Of a stretch of 64,000 nucleotides of DNA, positions 17,864 through 26,845 are shown in pieces. The stretch is from a virus (taxonomy: Duplodnaviria > Caudoviricetes): IMG/VR virus record IMGVR_UViG_2885360797_000005, one strand, 5' to 3'. The notes below the pieces were generated by a model, which was not told the DNA's origin, did no database searches, and saw nothing but the letters and a program-made list of their open reading frames with translations. A program made the position numbers and the translations under genes. Each line of letters opens with the position of its first letter. The first letter of the stretch is position 1.

Positions 17864-19270
17864 ATGATAGGCACAATTATTGGTGATTTGGCGGCTTGGA
17901 CGTATGAGAATGAGAGAGAAACATTTTGGAATCAACTCATATCATACAACTATGATAAAGTTGAGTTGTCCCTATATGCTCATGCTTATTTGCAAGCAGT
18001 CAGCATAAATGTACTTAGTGTACCCAATCAAAATGTCAACATAGTAAGGAATACAGAATGGTCACCCGAAGAATGGCTAAGAGTTGGCGGACAGTGGTTG
18101 ATGTGGCAACTTATGTGTGCTTGGAATGACAACTTGGTTTACCCGAATGGTAACGAGAAACTTCCTTCTGTAGAAAAGGAGGAATACTATGCTCGAATGT
18201 TTATGGTAGGACTTATCAGAAAACTCCGACATGGCTACACTAAAAGCGATGCTTATCACTCTGACGAAATGTTTGTAGATTTTAGCAAACATTGGAAATG
18301 GAAACCTTGGCAAGAATCTATTTCAGAAAAAGATAATTATAGCATCCTTACCTGTGTGTTTCGTGCTTGGGACTCTTTCTATAGAGGCTTTGATTTCACC
18401 TCCTCCATTCATAACGCAATGAAATGGGAAGGAAATAGACATCTTATAGCTATGCTTACCGCTTCGTTTGCAAGTGCCATGTATGGTTGCCAATACAATC
18501 TTATCAAGAAGAAATTTGCGAAGAACGGACAAATAAGCCACTTGTTTGAATTGTATTGCTTAGGCGAACATTTTGGCTATCATCATGCCTTATGTCACGA
18601 AATGATGGACGAAAACAACGGATTCAGGACATTTTACCCCAAGAATAGAGCTTTAACAAACGTGGAACGTCATTTTTGGCAAAGTGTAGCAAACCCTTTT
18701 GACCGTCTTATATTTTCAGAATCAGATTATAAAAACATAATGAAGTGCTCACCGACGGGATGGGATAACAGATATGGCTTATATTTGGATGATGGATGGT
18801 TCTATGTATATAGGAGTGGATGCCTAATAGGACGTTTCATGTTAATAGAAGAAGATGGCTATTGGCTGATAAAGAACGTACAATTATCGGGCGAACAACC
18901 ATGGAGAGAGTTTTGTAATGCCTTATTCTGTGCGTTGACAGAAAGCTGCAACTTACGTGGATTTTCAGGAAAATATGAAGATTATGCTTCAATATTCAAG
19001 TATTATCAAGGAGAACTGACCTGTCCAGAAAAGTGGAAAAATAACGTATCAGGAAAGTTTTGGCACGGAGAAATGATGTTCTGCACTAATCATATCAGCA
19101 TTGAAGAGTGGACGAAAAAAGCCGAGAATGCTCTCAAAAATATGGAACCCGATAAACAGAAATACGCAAAATCCATGTCTCTTCGTCAGTTTGGTGTGAT
19201 ATTATTTATTGAAACCCTATATAGTAAATGGTGTTCTTACGATAATATGGATTGGATATATGAGTATTAG
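17864..19270 (+). CDS. Degenerate ADP-ribosylglycohydrolase-like multidomain protein
   Basis: MIGTIIGD start and F..SIHNAM..EGNRHLIAMLTASFASAMYG resemble ARH motifs, but the GDSDT acids are absent. Confidence 0.55.
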   Translation: MIGTIIGDLAAWTYENERETFWNQLISYNYDKVELSLYAHAYLQAVSINVLSVPNQNVNIVRNTEWSPEEWLRVGGQWLMWQLMCAWNDNLVYPNGNEKLPSVEKEEYYARMFMVGLIRKLRHGYTKSDAYHSDEMFVDFSKHWKWKPWQESISEKDNYSILTCVFRAWDSFYRGFDFTSSIHNAMKWEGNRHLIAMLTASFASAMYGCQYNLIKKKFAKNGQISHLFELYCLGEHFGYHHALCHEMMDENNGFRTFYPKNRALTNVERHFWQSVANPFDRLIFSESDYKNIMKCSPTGWDNRYGLYLDDGWFYVYRSGCLIGRFMLIEEDGYWLIKNVQLSGEQPWREFCNALFCALTESCNLRGFSGKYEDYASIFKYYQGELTCPEKWKNNVSGKFWHGEMMFCTNHISIEEWTKKAENALKNMEPDKQKYAKSMSLRQFGVILFIETLYSKWCSYDNMDWIYEY

Positions 19271-19328
19271 ATTGATTCTATTCAAATAGATTTCGCTATA
19301 AATCACAAAATCACATTCTTAAAAGGCT

Positions 19329-19336
19329 TATATTTG
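19329..19336 (+). promoter_or_regulatory. -7 promoter box for recD2
   Basis: TATATTTG (TAnnTTTG) 29 nt before the ATG; an identical box lies at 21605-21612 before the next gene. Confidence 0.55.
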
Positions 19337-19364
19337 CAGATTATAAGGAATTAGTTGATAGCAT

Positions 19365-21593
19365 ATGCAAAAGCTCCGTTGTGTAGTAGAACGAATCACC
19401 TACCAAAATCCCGAAAACGGGTATTCGGTGATGAGGGTCAAGGTCAAAGGATACAATGACCTTGTAACCCTTGTCGGCAATCTGTTGGAAGTGCCGGCAG
19501 GGAGTGTTCTGCTGTGCGAAGGGGATTGGAAAGTGGATAAGCGATACGGCAACCAGTTTGTAGCGGAGAGTTGGGAAGAGGTCATGCCCGCCACCATCTA
19601 TGGCATAGAGAAGTACCTGGGCAGCGGACTGGTGAAAGGCATCGGCCCGAAATTCGCCCAACTTATCGTCAGTCGTTTCGGACTGGAAACCATCGATGTG
19701 ATTGAAACCGATATTGAACGGCTCCACGAAGTGCCCGGCATCGGCAAGAAACGTGTGGAGAAGATTGCCGAGAGTTGGGAGAAGCAGAAGGACATCAAGA
19801 ACGTGATGCTCTTCCTGCAAGGTTATGGAGTCAGTACCGCATACGCTGCCAAAATCTATCGTCAATACGGAAAAGAAAGCATTGATACCGTCAAGGCCAA
19901 TCCCTATAAACTGGCAGATGACATCTGGGGCATCGGTTTCAAGACAGCCGACGGCATAGCCGCCAAGATGGGTTATGAGAAGAACGACCTTCGTCGTTGC
20001 AAGAGCGGCATCACCTACACACTCAGCCACCTTTCCGAAGAAGGACACGTCTATGCCGAAGAGGAACAACTCCTGAATGCGGCCATCGAACTCTTGAAGG
20101 CGGACGAAGAACCCATCCGTCAGGCTATGTCAGAAATGTTGCAGAGTGAAGACCTGATACAAGACGGTGACGCACTCTATATGCCACCCTTCTATTATGC
20201 AGAAGTAGGAACAGCCAACCGTCTGAGCGGATTATTGAATAATGCGGACGGAAATCTCTTCCAAAAAGCATTAGACATCGCTGCCATCTCCAAAGCCTCC
20301 GGCATAGAGTATGACGAAGTGCAGGTGGAAGCCATCCGTGAAGCAGTCGCCTCCAAGGTTATGGTGCTGACAGGTGGTCCCGGAACGGGAAAGACCACCA
20401 CCACACAAGGAATCATCGCAGCCTTGAAGAGCATGGGACTGAGCATCCTGCTTGCCGCACCTACCGGACGAGCCGCCAAACGAATGAGTGAAGCGACAGG
20501 GATGGAGGCAAAGACCATCCACCGCCTATTGGAATACAATCCGAAAGACGGTTACAAACGCAATGACGAGAACCCGTTGGAAGGGGATGCCCTTATCGTG
20601 GACGAATGTTCCATGATAGACATCATTCTGATGAACAACCTGATGAAAGCCTTACCAACGAATATGCGCCTGGTATTGGTGGGCGACATCGACCAGTTGC
20701 CCAGCGTAGGTGCCGGAAACGTACTTCGTAACATCATCGACTCTGAGAGAATACCGGTCATCCGCCTGACACGCATCTTCCGACAGGCACAGACCAGCCG
20801 TATCGTCATGAGTGCCCATGCCATCAACAAGGGACAGTTCCCCGACACCAGCAACGGCAAGCAGACCGATTTCTTCTTCATGCAGATAGAAGAACCGGAA
20901 CAGGTGGCGGAAACCATCGTCAAGTTGGTAAAGGAACGATTGCCCAAAGCATACAACCGCCCGGCAAGCGACATCCAAGTCCTCACACCTATGCAACGAG
21001 GGGTGGTAGGTGCAGCCAATCTGAATATAGCCCTACAAGCCGTTCTGAACACCTCCCAGTTGGTACTGACCAGAAGTGGTTATTCCTTCCGTCAAGGCGA
21101 CAGAGTGATGCAACTCCGCAACAATTATGACAAGGATGTGTTCAACGGTGACCTGGGATATGTAGAGAAAGTGAACTTGGAAGATAGAACCCTGCAAGTG
21201 GACTTCGATGGCAAGTTAGTGGAATACGAAGTTTCGGAACTGGACGAGCTGACCTTAGCCTACGCAACAACCATCCACAAGTCGCAAGGCTCGGAATATC
21301 CCATCGTGGTGATGCCTGTCCTGATGACGCACTACGTGATGCTCCAACGCAACCTTATCTATACAGGTATCACCCGTGCTAAGAAGATTTGTGTACTGGT
21401 AGGAACAAAGAAAGCATTGTCTTTCGCCATCCGCAATATGTCGGTGCTGAAACGCAACACGAAATTGAAAGAACGGCTGAATCCGGCATTAACACAACCC
21501 GGCAAAGCCACGTCCCCCAAAGAATATATGCTTCCGACACAAACGGAGTACGGCATGGTAGCAGAAGAGAAAACTGAATACGGAAAGAAATAG
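19365..21593 (+). CDS. recD2: RecD2 (SF1B) ATP-dependent DNA helicase
   Basis: HhH GIGPK repeats, GGPGTGKT, APTGRAAKR, DECSM, GDIDQLPSVG, TIHKSQGSE, YTGITRA. Confidence 0.95.
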   Translation: MQKLRCVVERITYQNPENGYSVMRVKVKGYNDLVTLVGNLLEVPAGSVLLCEGDWKVDKRYGNQFVAESWEEVMPATIYGIEKYLGSGLVKGIGPKFAQLIVSRFGLETIDVIETDIERLHEVPGIGKKRVEKIAESWEKQKDIKNVMLFLQGYGVSTAYAAKIYRQYGKESIDTVKANPYKLADDIWGIGFKTADGIAAKMGYEKNDLRRCKSGITYTLSHLSEEGHVYAEEEQLLNAAIELLKADEEPIRQAMSEMLQSEDLIQDGDALYMPPFYYAEVGTANRLSGLLNNADGNLFQKALDIAAISKASGIEYDEVQVEAIREAVASKVMVLTGGPGTGKTTTTQGIIAALKSMGLSILLAAPTGRAAKRMSEATGMEAKTIHRLLEYNPKDGYKRNDENPLEGDALIVDECSMIDIILMNNLMKALPTNMRLVLVGDIDQLPSVGAGNVLRNIIDSERIPVIRLTRIFRQAQTSRIVMSAHAINKGQFPDTSNGKQTDFFFMQIEEPEQVAETIVKLVKERLPKAYNRPASDIQVLTPMQRGVVGAANLNIALQAVLNTSQLVLTRSGYSFRQGDRVMQLRNNYDKDVFNGDLGYVEKVNLEDRTLQVDFDGKLVEYEVSELDELTLAYATTIHKSQGSEYPIVVMPVLMTHYVMLQRNLIYTGITRAKKICVLVGTKKALSFAIRNMSVLKRNTKLKERLNPALTQPGKATSPKEYMLPTQTEYGMVAEEKTEYGKK

Positions 21594-21627
21594 TATCATC
21601 ATATTATATTTGCCCCAAAAGTAGATT

Positions 21628-22635
21628 ATGAAACACGCTGAATTTAAGGCTATAGCCAGACAACATCAAATAGATTTCAAGGTCAATGACCCGGAGATTA
21701 ACATTGCCGCTGATAGATTTCCTATCCGTACTATTCGGAAGAACGGCAAGAAATATAAGATAGAGGTAAAAAGTTCTTTAACTTGGAAGGATTGCCGTGA
21801 TGAGCATAACCTTTATCGCATTTTCTTCAGCGGATTCCGAAAAGAGATAACGGAAGAAGTTGACAAAGAAGCTTCTTTGACAAAAGGGCAAATGGTTACA
21901 AATCTTTTGCGCAGCGAACACATCCCATACAACGTATTCTTTCCCATGCGACATGACCTGGATGGGACAGCCCGCCTGTTCAATCGTATTCTCGGAGAGG
22001 AACGAATAGCTACCATCAGCCAGATACTTGTTGAGCATAACCCCGGAGGGCTTAAAGATGGCACATCCTTTGATGTTTACATCGAATATGCTCCCATGGG
22101 AGCAAATCCCGGTGAGAAGGGCGGCATTGGCATTGAGGTGAAATACACGGAAAAGGAGTATCTTATCAAGCATGGCACGAAAGAATGGGAAGAAACACAT
22201 AATGCTTCCGGCATTCATCTTGCAGACAATTACAGCAACCCAAGCAATGCCTGCGGCTGGTTCAAACCGGAGTTTATAGCAGACGTACCGTTTGAAGACA
22301 AAGAGAGGATGACATCCCATGTGACAGCCAACCGTTACCGCCAGATATGGCGCAACCACATTCTTGGTGCATCCATGATACTCGGATTGTGCGAGAACCA
22401 AGATGATAAACTTACGGAGTTTACAAGTCTCACGGTTTATCCCAAAGGAAACGGGCATTTCTCGGAAATCTGGGGCGAATACGAATCCAAGCTGACTCCG
22501 GCCGGATTGCAAACATTCAAGCACATCACCTACGAAGATCTGTTCCCCTTGATGCAGGAGTGTCTGAATGAAGCCAACATTCCTAATCTCAATGAGTGGA
22601 TGGATTACCTTAACAGACGATATATCATAAAATGA
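21628..22635 (+). CDS. Putative restriction-endonuclease-fold protein (PGN_0703-like)
   Basis: NLLRSE, TSFDVYIEY..IGIEVKYTE, YRQIWRNH. Confidence 0.72.
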   Translation: MKHAEFKAIARQHQIDFKVNDPEINIAADRFPIRTIRKNGKKYKIEVKSSLTWKDCRDEHNLYRIFFSGFRKEITEEVDKEASLTKGQMVTNLLRSEHIPYNVFFPMRHDLDGTARLFNRILGEERIATISQILVEHNPGGLKDGTSFDVYIEYAPMGANPGEKGGIGIEVKYTEKEYLIKHGTKEWEETHNASGIHLADNYSNPSNACGWFKPEFIADVPFEDKERMTSHVTANRYRQIWRNHILGASMILGLCENQDDKLTEFTSLTVYPKGNGHFSEIWGEYESKLTPAGLQTFKHITYEDLFPLMQECLNEANIPNLNEWMDYLNRRYIIK

Positions 22636-23225
22636 GAATTTTACACCTATCAGATACTCACGGTTGCCATCATCGGCTATACGACTTGCCCGAAGCGGAC
22701 ATTCTTGTCCATTCTGGTGATTTCACTATGTCAGGAAGCGAGAAGGAAGCCCTTGACTTCTTGAACTGGTTTTGTGACCTCCCATATCCGCACAAGATAT
22801 TCATCTGTGGTAACCATGATGAATGTCTGTATGGGGCAAACATCAGTGGCCTTAACAACAATGTCCATTATCTATGCAATTCCGGTTTGGAAATTGAAGG
22901 TTTGAAGTTCTATGGTGTACCCATGTTCATGAGTGACTGCATCAGTGACCGACAAAACCGGAACTATGCCGAAATACCTTCCGATACCGATGTGTTGATA
23001 ACGCATTGTCCGCCATACGGCATATTAGACTTTGATGATAACATAAACTACGGCTCGGAAGAATTGTTGCAACGGATTACACAGATTCATCCACGGCTGC
23101 ACTTGTTTGGGCATATACATATACAACATGGAATTACCCATAATGGCGCAACCACATTTTCCAACGGTGCCATTATGAACGTAGATTATTCTCAACTCAA
23201 TGATGCTAATCTGATAGAGCTATAA
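22632..23225 (+). CDS. Calcineurin-like metallophosphoesterase
   Basis: SDTH, HSGD, GNHD, THCPP, FGHIH; 4-nt overlap with the upstream gene. Confidence 0.93.
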   Translation: MRILHLSDTHGCHHRLYDLPEADILVHSGDFTMSGSEKEALDFLNWFCDLPYPHKIFICGNHDECLYGANISGLNNNVHYLCNSGLEIEGLKFYGVPMFMSDCISDRQNRNYAEIPSDTDVLITHCPPYGILDFDDNINYGSEELLQRITQIHPRLHLFGHIHIQHGITHNGATTFSNGAIMNVDYSQLNDANLIEL

Positions 23226-23229
23226 CTCT

Positions 23230-23295
23230 CTTTATATATGTTCAAACTCCGACCCACGCCTCACGGCGGAAGTCGGAGTTTGAACATATATAAAG
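23230..23295. terminator. 24-bp perfect inverted repeat between convergent genes (bidirectional terminator)
   Basis: CTTTATATATGTTCAAACTCCGAC / GTCGGAGTTTGAACATATATAAAG. Confidence 0.7.
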
Positions 23296-23299
23296 GAAC

Positions 23300-24577
23300 T
23301 TATGCTGTTGCCCTTTTTGCCTCCAAGAAGCGGTGGGCATTATCATTCACCAACTTGATAATCCTATCGTGGTATTCAGTGTTGCTGTTGCAAACTCCAC
23401 GACTTTGTACTACTTTCCCTTGGCTCAAACTGAACTCCACGGTCTCGATGCGGTTTCCTTGATGGTCGTGAGCCGATAGAATAACAGAGTCAGTCTTGGC
23501 ATAGTATTCGCATTGGAAAACACAATGCTTCATCTTGTTACCCTCTTCCTTGTAAGCCTCCAGCGAATCCAATACGGAAATTTCTATATCTTCATCGCTG
23601 ATGACAATGCCGAAGAAGCAGGACTTGTTCCTGTAAAACTCGGCTTCGTGTGCCTTGGCTTTTGCCATCCGCTCCATATCCCTACGCTTTTGCTCAATGG
23701 CATCCGCTTTCTTCAACCAATGGTCATGCCCGGTTTTCAAGTTTATCGGACAGATATACTTGACATTACGGATGTCCTTACCGCACTTGTCAAGCAAGCG
23801 GATGATGTCGCACCAAGTACCGAAGTCCTCAATCCGATAATGATGCCGTGAAGCTACTTTGTACGACTGCCAACAGTTATTAAGGTCGAAAGCGTGATAG
23901 ACAAAATACTCAACCGCCTTGTAGTCTCTCGTTTTCATCATTGTTTCCATCCGGTGGTCAGATAAGAGAGATTTCATCAGTTTGAGCGGATGGCAATCGG
24001 GCAATTTGCCTTTCATTCCGTTCCGTCTCAATTCGGGAAGGGCAGAATAATAAGGATAGATATAAGTATCGGATATGACCATATAGATATCAGACAATCT
24101 CCTCAACTCTATCGGACTGGCAAAACTAAAGCGGTCTTGATAATAACCTCTGGTTTTCATTCTTGAAGTAACCGCCACTTGTCCTTTGGCATTGAGCCAC
24201 AAACGGCATATTTCATAATTATAGAAATCCATCGGTTTCCCTTTGTGGTAAATGACCGTCAAAAGGAATACTCGCTGCACTTGCAATCCGTCAATCGCTT
24301 CAAGGGTAGAAAAGTAGCTCCTCTCCTGGTACTTGCGCTTCAACGTATCGGTTACTTGCAAGCGGTGTCCGCAATGAGGACAACGTACAAACTTACCTTT
24401 TCCCTCATAATCAAACTTTTCTCCGCAATCGCCACACGTACATTTACGGTTTGATGTACGGAACGCAATGTGTTTCACGACGTTTCTTATTGCCCACTCC
24501 ACGGCTTTAGAGCCGATGGCGGTCAGCTTCTCATTGGAAGCTGCCACCAATTTCTCAAACTTGTTTCTTGGTTTCAT
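23300..24577 (-). CDS. PcfJ domain protein
   Basis: MKPRNK start, Zn ribbon CGDCG..CPHCG, C-terminal EGNKMKHCV..RIETVE..QSRGVCN. Confidence 0.88.
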   Translation of the reverse strand: MKPRNKFEKLVAASNEKLTAIGSKAVEWAIRNVVKHIAFRTSNRKCTCGDCGEKFDYEGKGKFVRCPHCGHRLQVTDTLKRKYQERSYFSTLEAIDGLQVQRVFLLTVIYHKGKPMDFYNYEICRLWLNAKGQVAVTSRMKTRGYYQDRFSFASPIELRRLSDIYMVISDTYIYPYYSALPELRRNGMKGKLPDCHPLKLMKSLLSDHRMETMMKTRDYKAVEYFVYHAFDLNNCWQSYKVASRHHYRIEDFGTWCDIIRLLDKCGKDIRNVKYICPINLKTGHDHWLKKADAIEQKRRDMERMAKAKAHEAEFYRNKSCFFGIVISDEDIEISVLDSLEAYKEEGNKMKHCVFQCEYYAKTDSVILSAHDHQGNRIETVEFSLSQGKVVQSRGVCNSNTEYHDRIIKLVNDNAHRFLEAKRATA

Positions 24578-24581
24578 ACGC

Positions 24582-25004
24582 TTAAAAATCAAATAGTGAT
24601 AACTCGGTTTGTTGGGGAACTTTGGGTTTGCTTGGCTTGGGTCGGGAGTTTCTGACTTGTATCTTGCGAAACTCCTCCTCTTGATAGCGTTTGAGGGCGA
24701 TGTCCCTTTGTTCAGCCTTTTCCTCCTCTGTCAAGTCTATATGGTGGTTCACTACAACATTACAAGATAATGGCTCGCCAATTATCAATGTTGGCTCTTC
24801 TGCTGCATGGACTGCCATAGAGAACACCTCCATATCGGAAAAACCGCAACAACCTGAATGTTGAACTTCATTGAAAATATAAGTTACAATATCATCAATG
24901 CTACGTGCTGTAGCTTCATACTTGGCACGAAAAAGTTCATCCTCCTTTGCTCGGTTATCAAGGTAGTTTTTGATAATCTCTTTAAATTGCTCTGTTCCTT
25001 TCAT
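24582..25004 (-). CDS. PcfK-like protein (family that includes the Cas9 inhibitor AcrIIA9)
   Basis: MKGTEQFKEIIKNYLDNRAKEDELF..EVQHSGCCGFSDMEV..ELSLFDF. Confidence 0.88.
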   Translation of the reverse strand: MKGTEQFKEIIKNYLDNRAKEDELFRAKYEATARSIDDIVTYIFNEVQHSGCCGFSDMEVFSMAVHAAEEPTLIIGEPLSCNVVVNHHIDLTEEEKAEQRDIALKRYQEEEFRKIQVRNSRPKPSKPKVPQQTELSLFDF

Positions 25005-25034
25005 ATATGTTCGTTTTAAGTTGTTATACATTTA

Positions 25035-25340
25035 CTATCCTATCGGCAACCTCTCTAAAAGTTCCTCCAATGGGATGGTATTGATGTCCTCACTGCGGAA
25101 CAACACTTTCCACTCCGGCTTAACCAACAAGCGATGGAAACACTCAACCGAAAAGCCTTTATTATTAGAGTAGCACTCTATCAAAGCGAAGTTCTTGCCA
25201 TCCTTGCGGATATGAGCATAATCGGGAGCCATACCGAAAGCGCATCTGCGGATGTCCTCTCTGTTCCACAACAAGGTCAGTTCGTAAACATTCCCTTTGA
25301 GGTTTATCTTTTCCTCTCTGTCTTTAAGTGTGATTGCCAT
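25035..25340 (-). CDS. Hypothetical protein (MAITLKDREE...), first gene downstream of hairpin 2
   Basis: ATG at 25340; the longer track ORF runs through the hairpin and is unlikely. Confidence 0.7.
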   Translation of the reverse strand: MAITLKDREEKINLKGNVYELTLLWNREDIRRCAFGMAPDYAHIRKDGKNFALIECYSNNKGFSVECFHRLLVKPEWKVLFRSEDINTIPLEELLERLPIG

Positions 25341-25351
25341 ATGTTCTAATT

Positions 25352-25589
25352 TTTTCCCTTTTGTTTGAAGCCTTTTGGCTTCTCGCTTCCGGGTGATTTT
25401 TACGATGCCATCACACGGAGGAACAAGGGGCGTAAGGCAAATGTGGCAAGCGGAAAGAAAGAGACGGAATACCCAATTTGGCACAAATTGCGGAAGGCTG
25501 CCGTCTGCTTTCCGTGCAGACAAGAGCAGCGGCATTTGCTGTCGGCACCGCCCTCCGTTACTTTGTATCGGGAAATAGAACCGGGAGCG
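25352..25589 (+). promoter_or_regulatory. Long hairpin 2, candidate ssDNA (Frpo-like) promoter
   Basis: Arms 25384-25392/25581-25589, ACGGAGG/CCTCCGT, GCAAATGT/GCATTTGC, CGGAAAG/CTTTCCG; TTTG-N19-TTACTTTG; 32 bp identical to 1015-1046. Confidence 0.7.
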
Positions 25590-25695
25590 CGGATGACCGA
25601 ATGAAGATAACAGGCACAAAAATCCCCGACACCCTTGAACCTTGCGGTTCCCGGATGCCGGGGCAACACATTATGAAAGAGGAAAAATATATTTT

Positions 25696-26232
25696 CTACA
25701 TCAAAGGAATCTCAAAAGACTTGATGACACAATGAGCCTCTTTGTCTAATATGAACCAGTATTCGGAATGATAAGGCTTGCCATTGGCATCAACATTTTT
25801 GTATTCAATCTTGACTTTCCAACCGGTAAATGATTTTTTGACATTATCATTTGACTGTGGAGTCATAGAACGAATTACCGACATCGCCTCCATCTGACGC
25901 TCCATCAGTCCGGCAATCTCCTTGTCGTCAGGATTGAAGTTCTCCAACCCGTCAGTCAGTATCATCACCTTCTCGTTGATTTTCATCATCGCCATAGAGA
26001 GAATCATCTTCTCGTCCATCGTAATATACTCCCTGCCAAACACGGAATCCGGCTGGCTGATACCGATAATCTTGACAGCTTTCGGATTATCCACCGAAGC
26101 CTTCAATGCCAGTTCAGCCACCTCGACGGCACGCTTCTTCGGATTATAACCACGGAAAACGAGATAACCCACAACGCCCCAAAACAGAATAATCGAAGCC
26201 AATATAATGGCTAATCTTGTACCCGGTCTCAT
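25696..26232 (-). CDS. Membrane-anchored hypothetical protein
   Basis: N-terminal TM helix; 4-nt overlap with the upstream gene. Confidence 0.75.
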   Translation of the reverse strand: MRPGTRLAIILASIILFWGVVGYLVFRGYNPKKRAVEVAELALKASVDNPKAVKIIGISQPDSVFGREYITMDEKMILSMAMMKINEKVMILTDGLENFNPDDKEIAGLMERQMEAMSVIRSMTPQSNDNVKKSFTGWKVKIEYKNVDANGKPYHSEYWFILDKEAHCVIKSFEIPLM

Positions 26233-26780
26233 ATCTTCACAATTTGGAGTTTGTCAGGAGAGACACCCAGACGCTTGCGGTACACCGAACCGTCCTCACG
26301 ATACATCTCCAGTTCATTAGAAGTGATGCCTTTCTCACAAAGTTCCTTGGCTTCAGCCAAAGTTACCTGATGCCCACCGATATTTCGCCAGATGGCAAAC
26401 GAACAGGGAGATTCCTGATTGCCATAGTTGGAACAGTTGAAGGCACGACTTCCCACACGGATTTCACCGCCACAATGAGGACATTTACCGATAACCGCCT
26501 GCATATTGATGTTCCCGTCATCAGCCAGTTCAAGTACGGTAGGAAAGGCTTTTCCTTCCTTGCTGGTGAAGCCATCCAATAGAACGGAACGATTGGTAAG
26601 CAGTTCTGCTATCTCATTATCCGCCATTTTACGGTTGCCAAGAATGGCATTGATGTTCAGCACACACGAGGGATGTTCTCCCATATTATTCTCGCAGCGA
26701 TAACCCTTGCAGGTCTTCACTACGTTGCCGCCACAAAAGGGGCAACGACCAATGATTTTCTTTTCTGTTGTCATTGTCAT
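26229..26780 (-). CDS. Stand-alone topoisomerase III C-terminal repeat (Zn ribbon) protein
   Basis: Two GxCPxCGG..C repeats with GFTSKEGKAF. Confidence 0.8.
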   Translation of the reverse strand: MTMTTEKKIIGRCPFCGGNVVKTCKGYRCENNMGEHPSCVLNINAILGNRKMADNEIAELLTNRSVLLDGFTSKEGKAFPTVLELADDGNINMQAVIGKCPHCGGEIRVGSRAFNCSNYGNQESPCSFAIWRNIGGHQVTLAEAKELCEKGITSNELEMYREDGSVYRKRLGVSPDKLQIVKI

Positions 26781-26845
26781 ACTATTTGAATGTTGATTAT
26801 ACGTTATTTGATTATTATTCTAATTGAGTTCTAAATCCATTCGAT

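Noticed and set aside
19341-22524. Long antisense ORFs opposite recD2 and the nuclease (also 29271-30113 opposite ardC)
   Set aside because: Shadow frames of well-supported genes, with no motifs
25341-25735. Several overlapping ORFs, and the 5' extension of 25035-25619
   Set aside because: Open frames arising in the GC-rich hairpin 2
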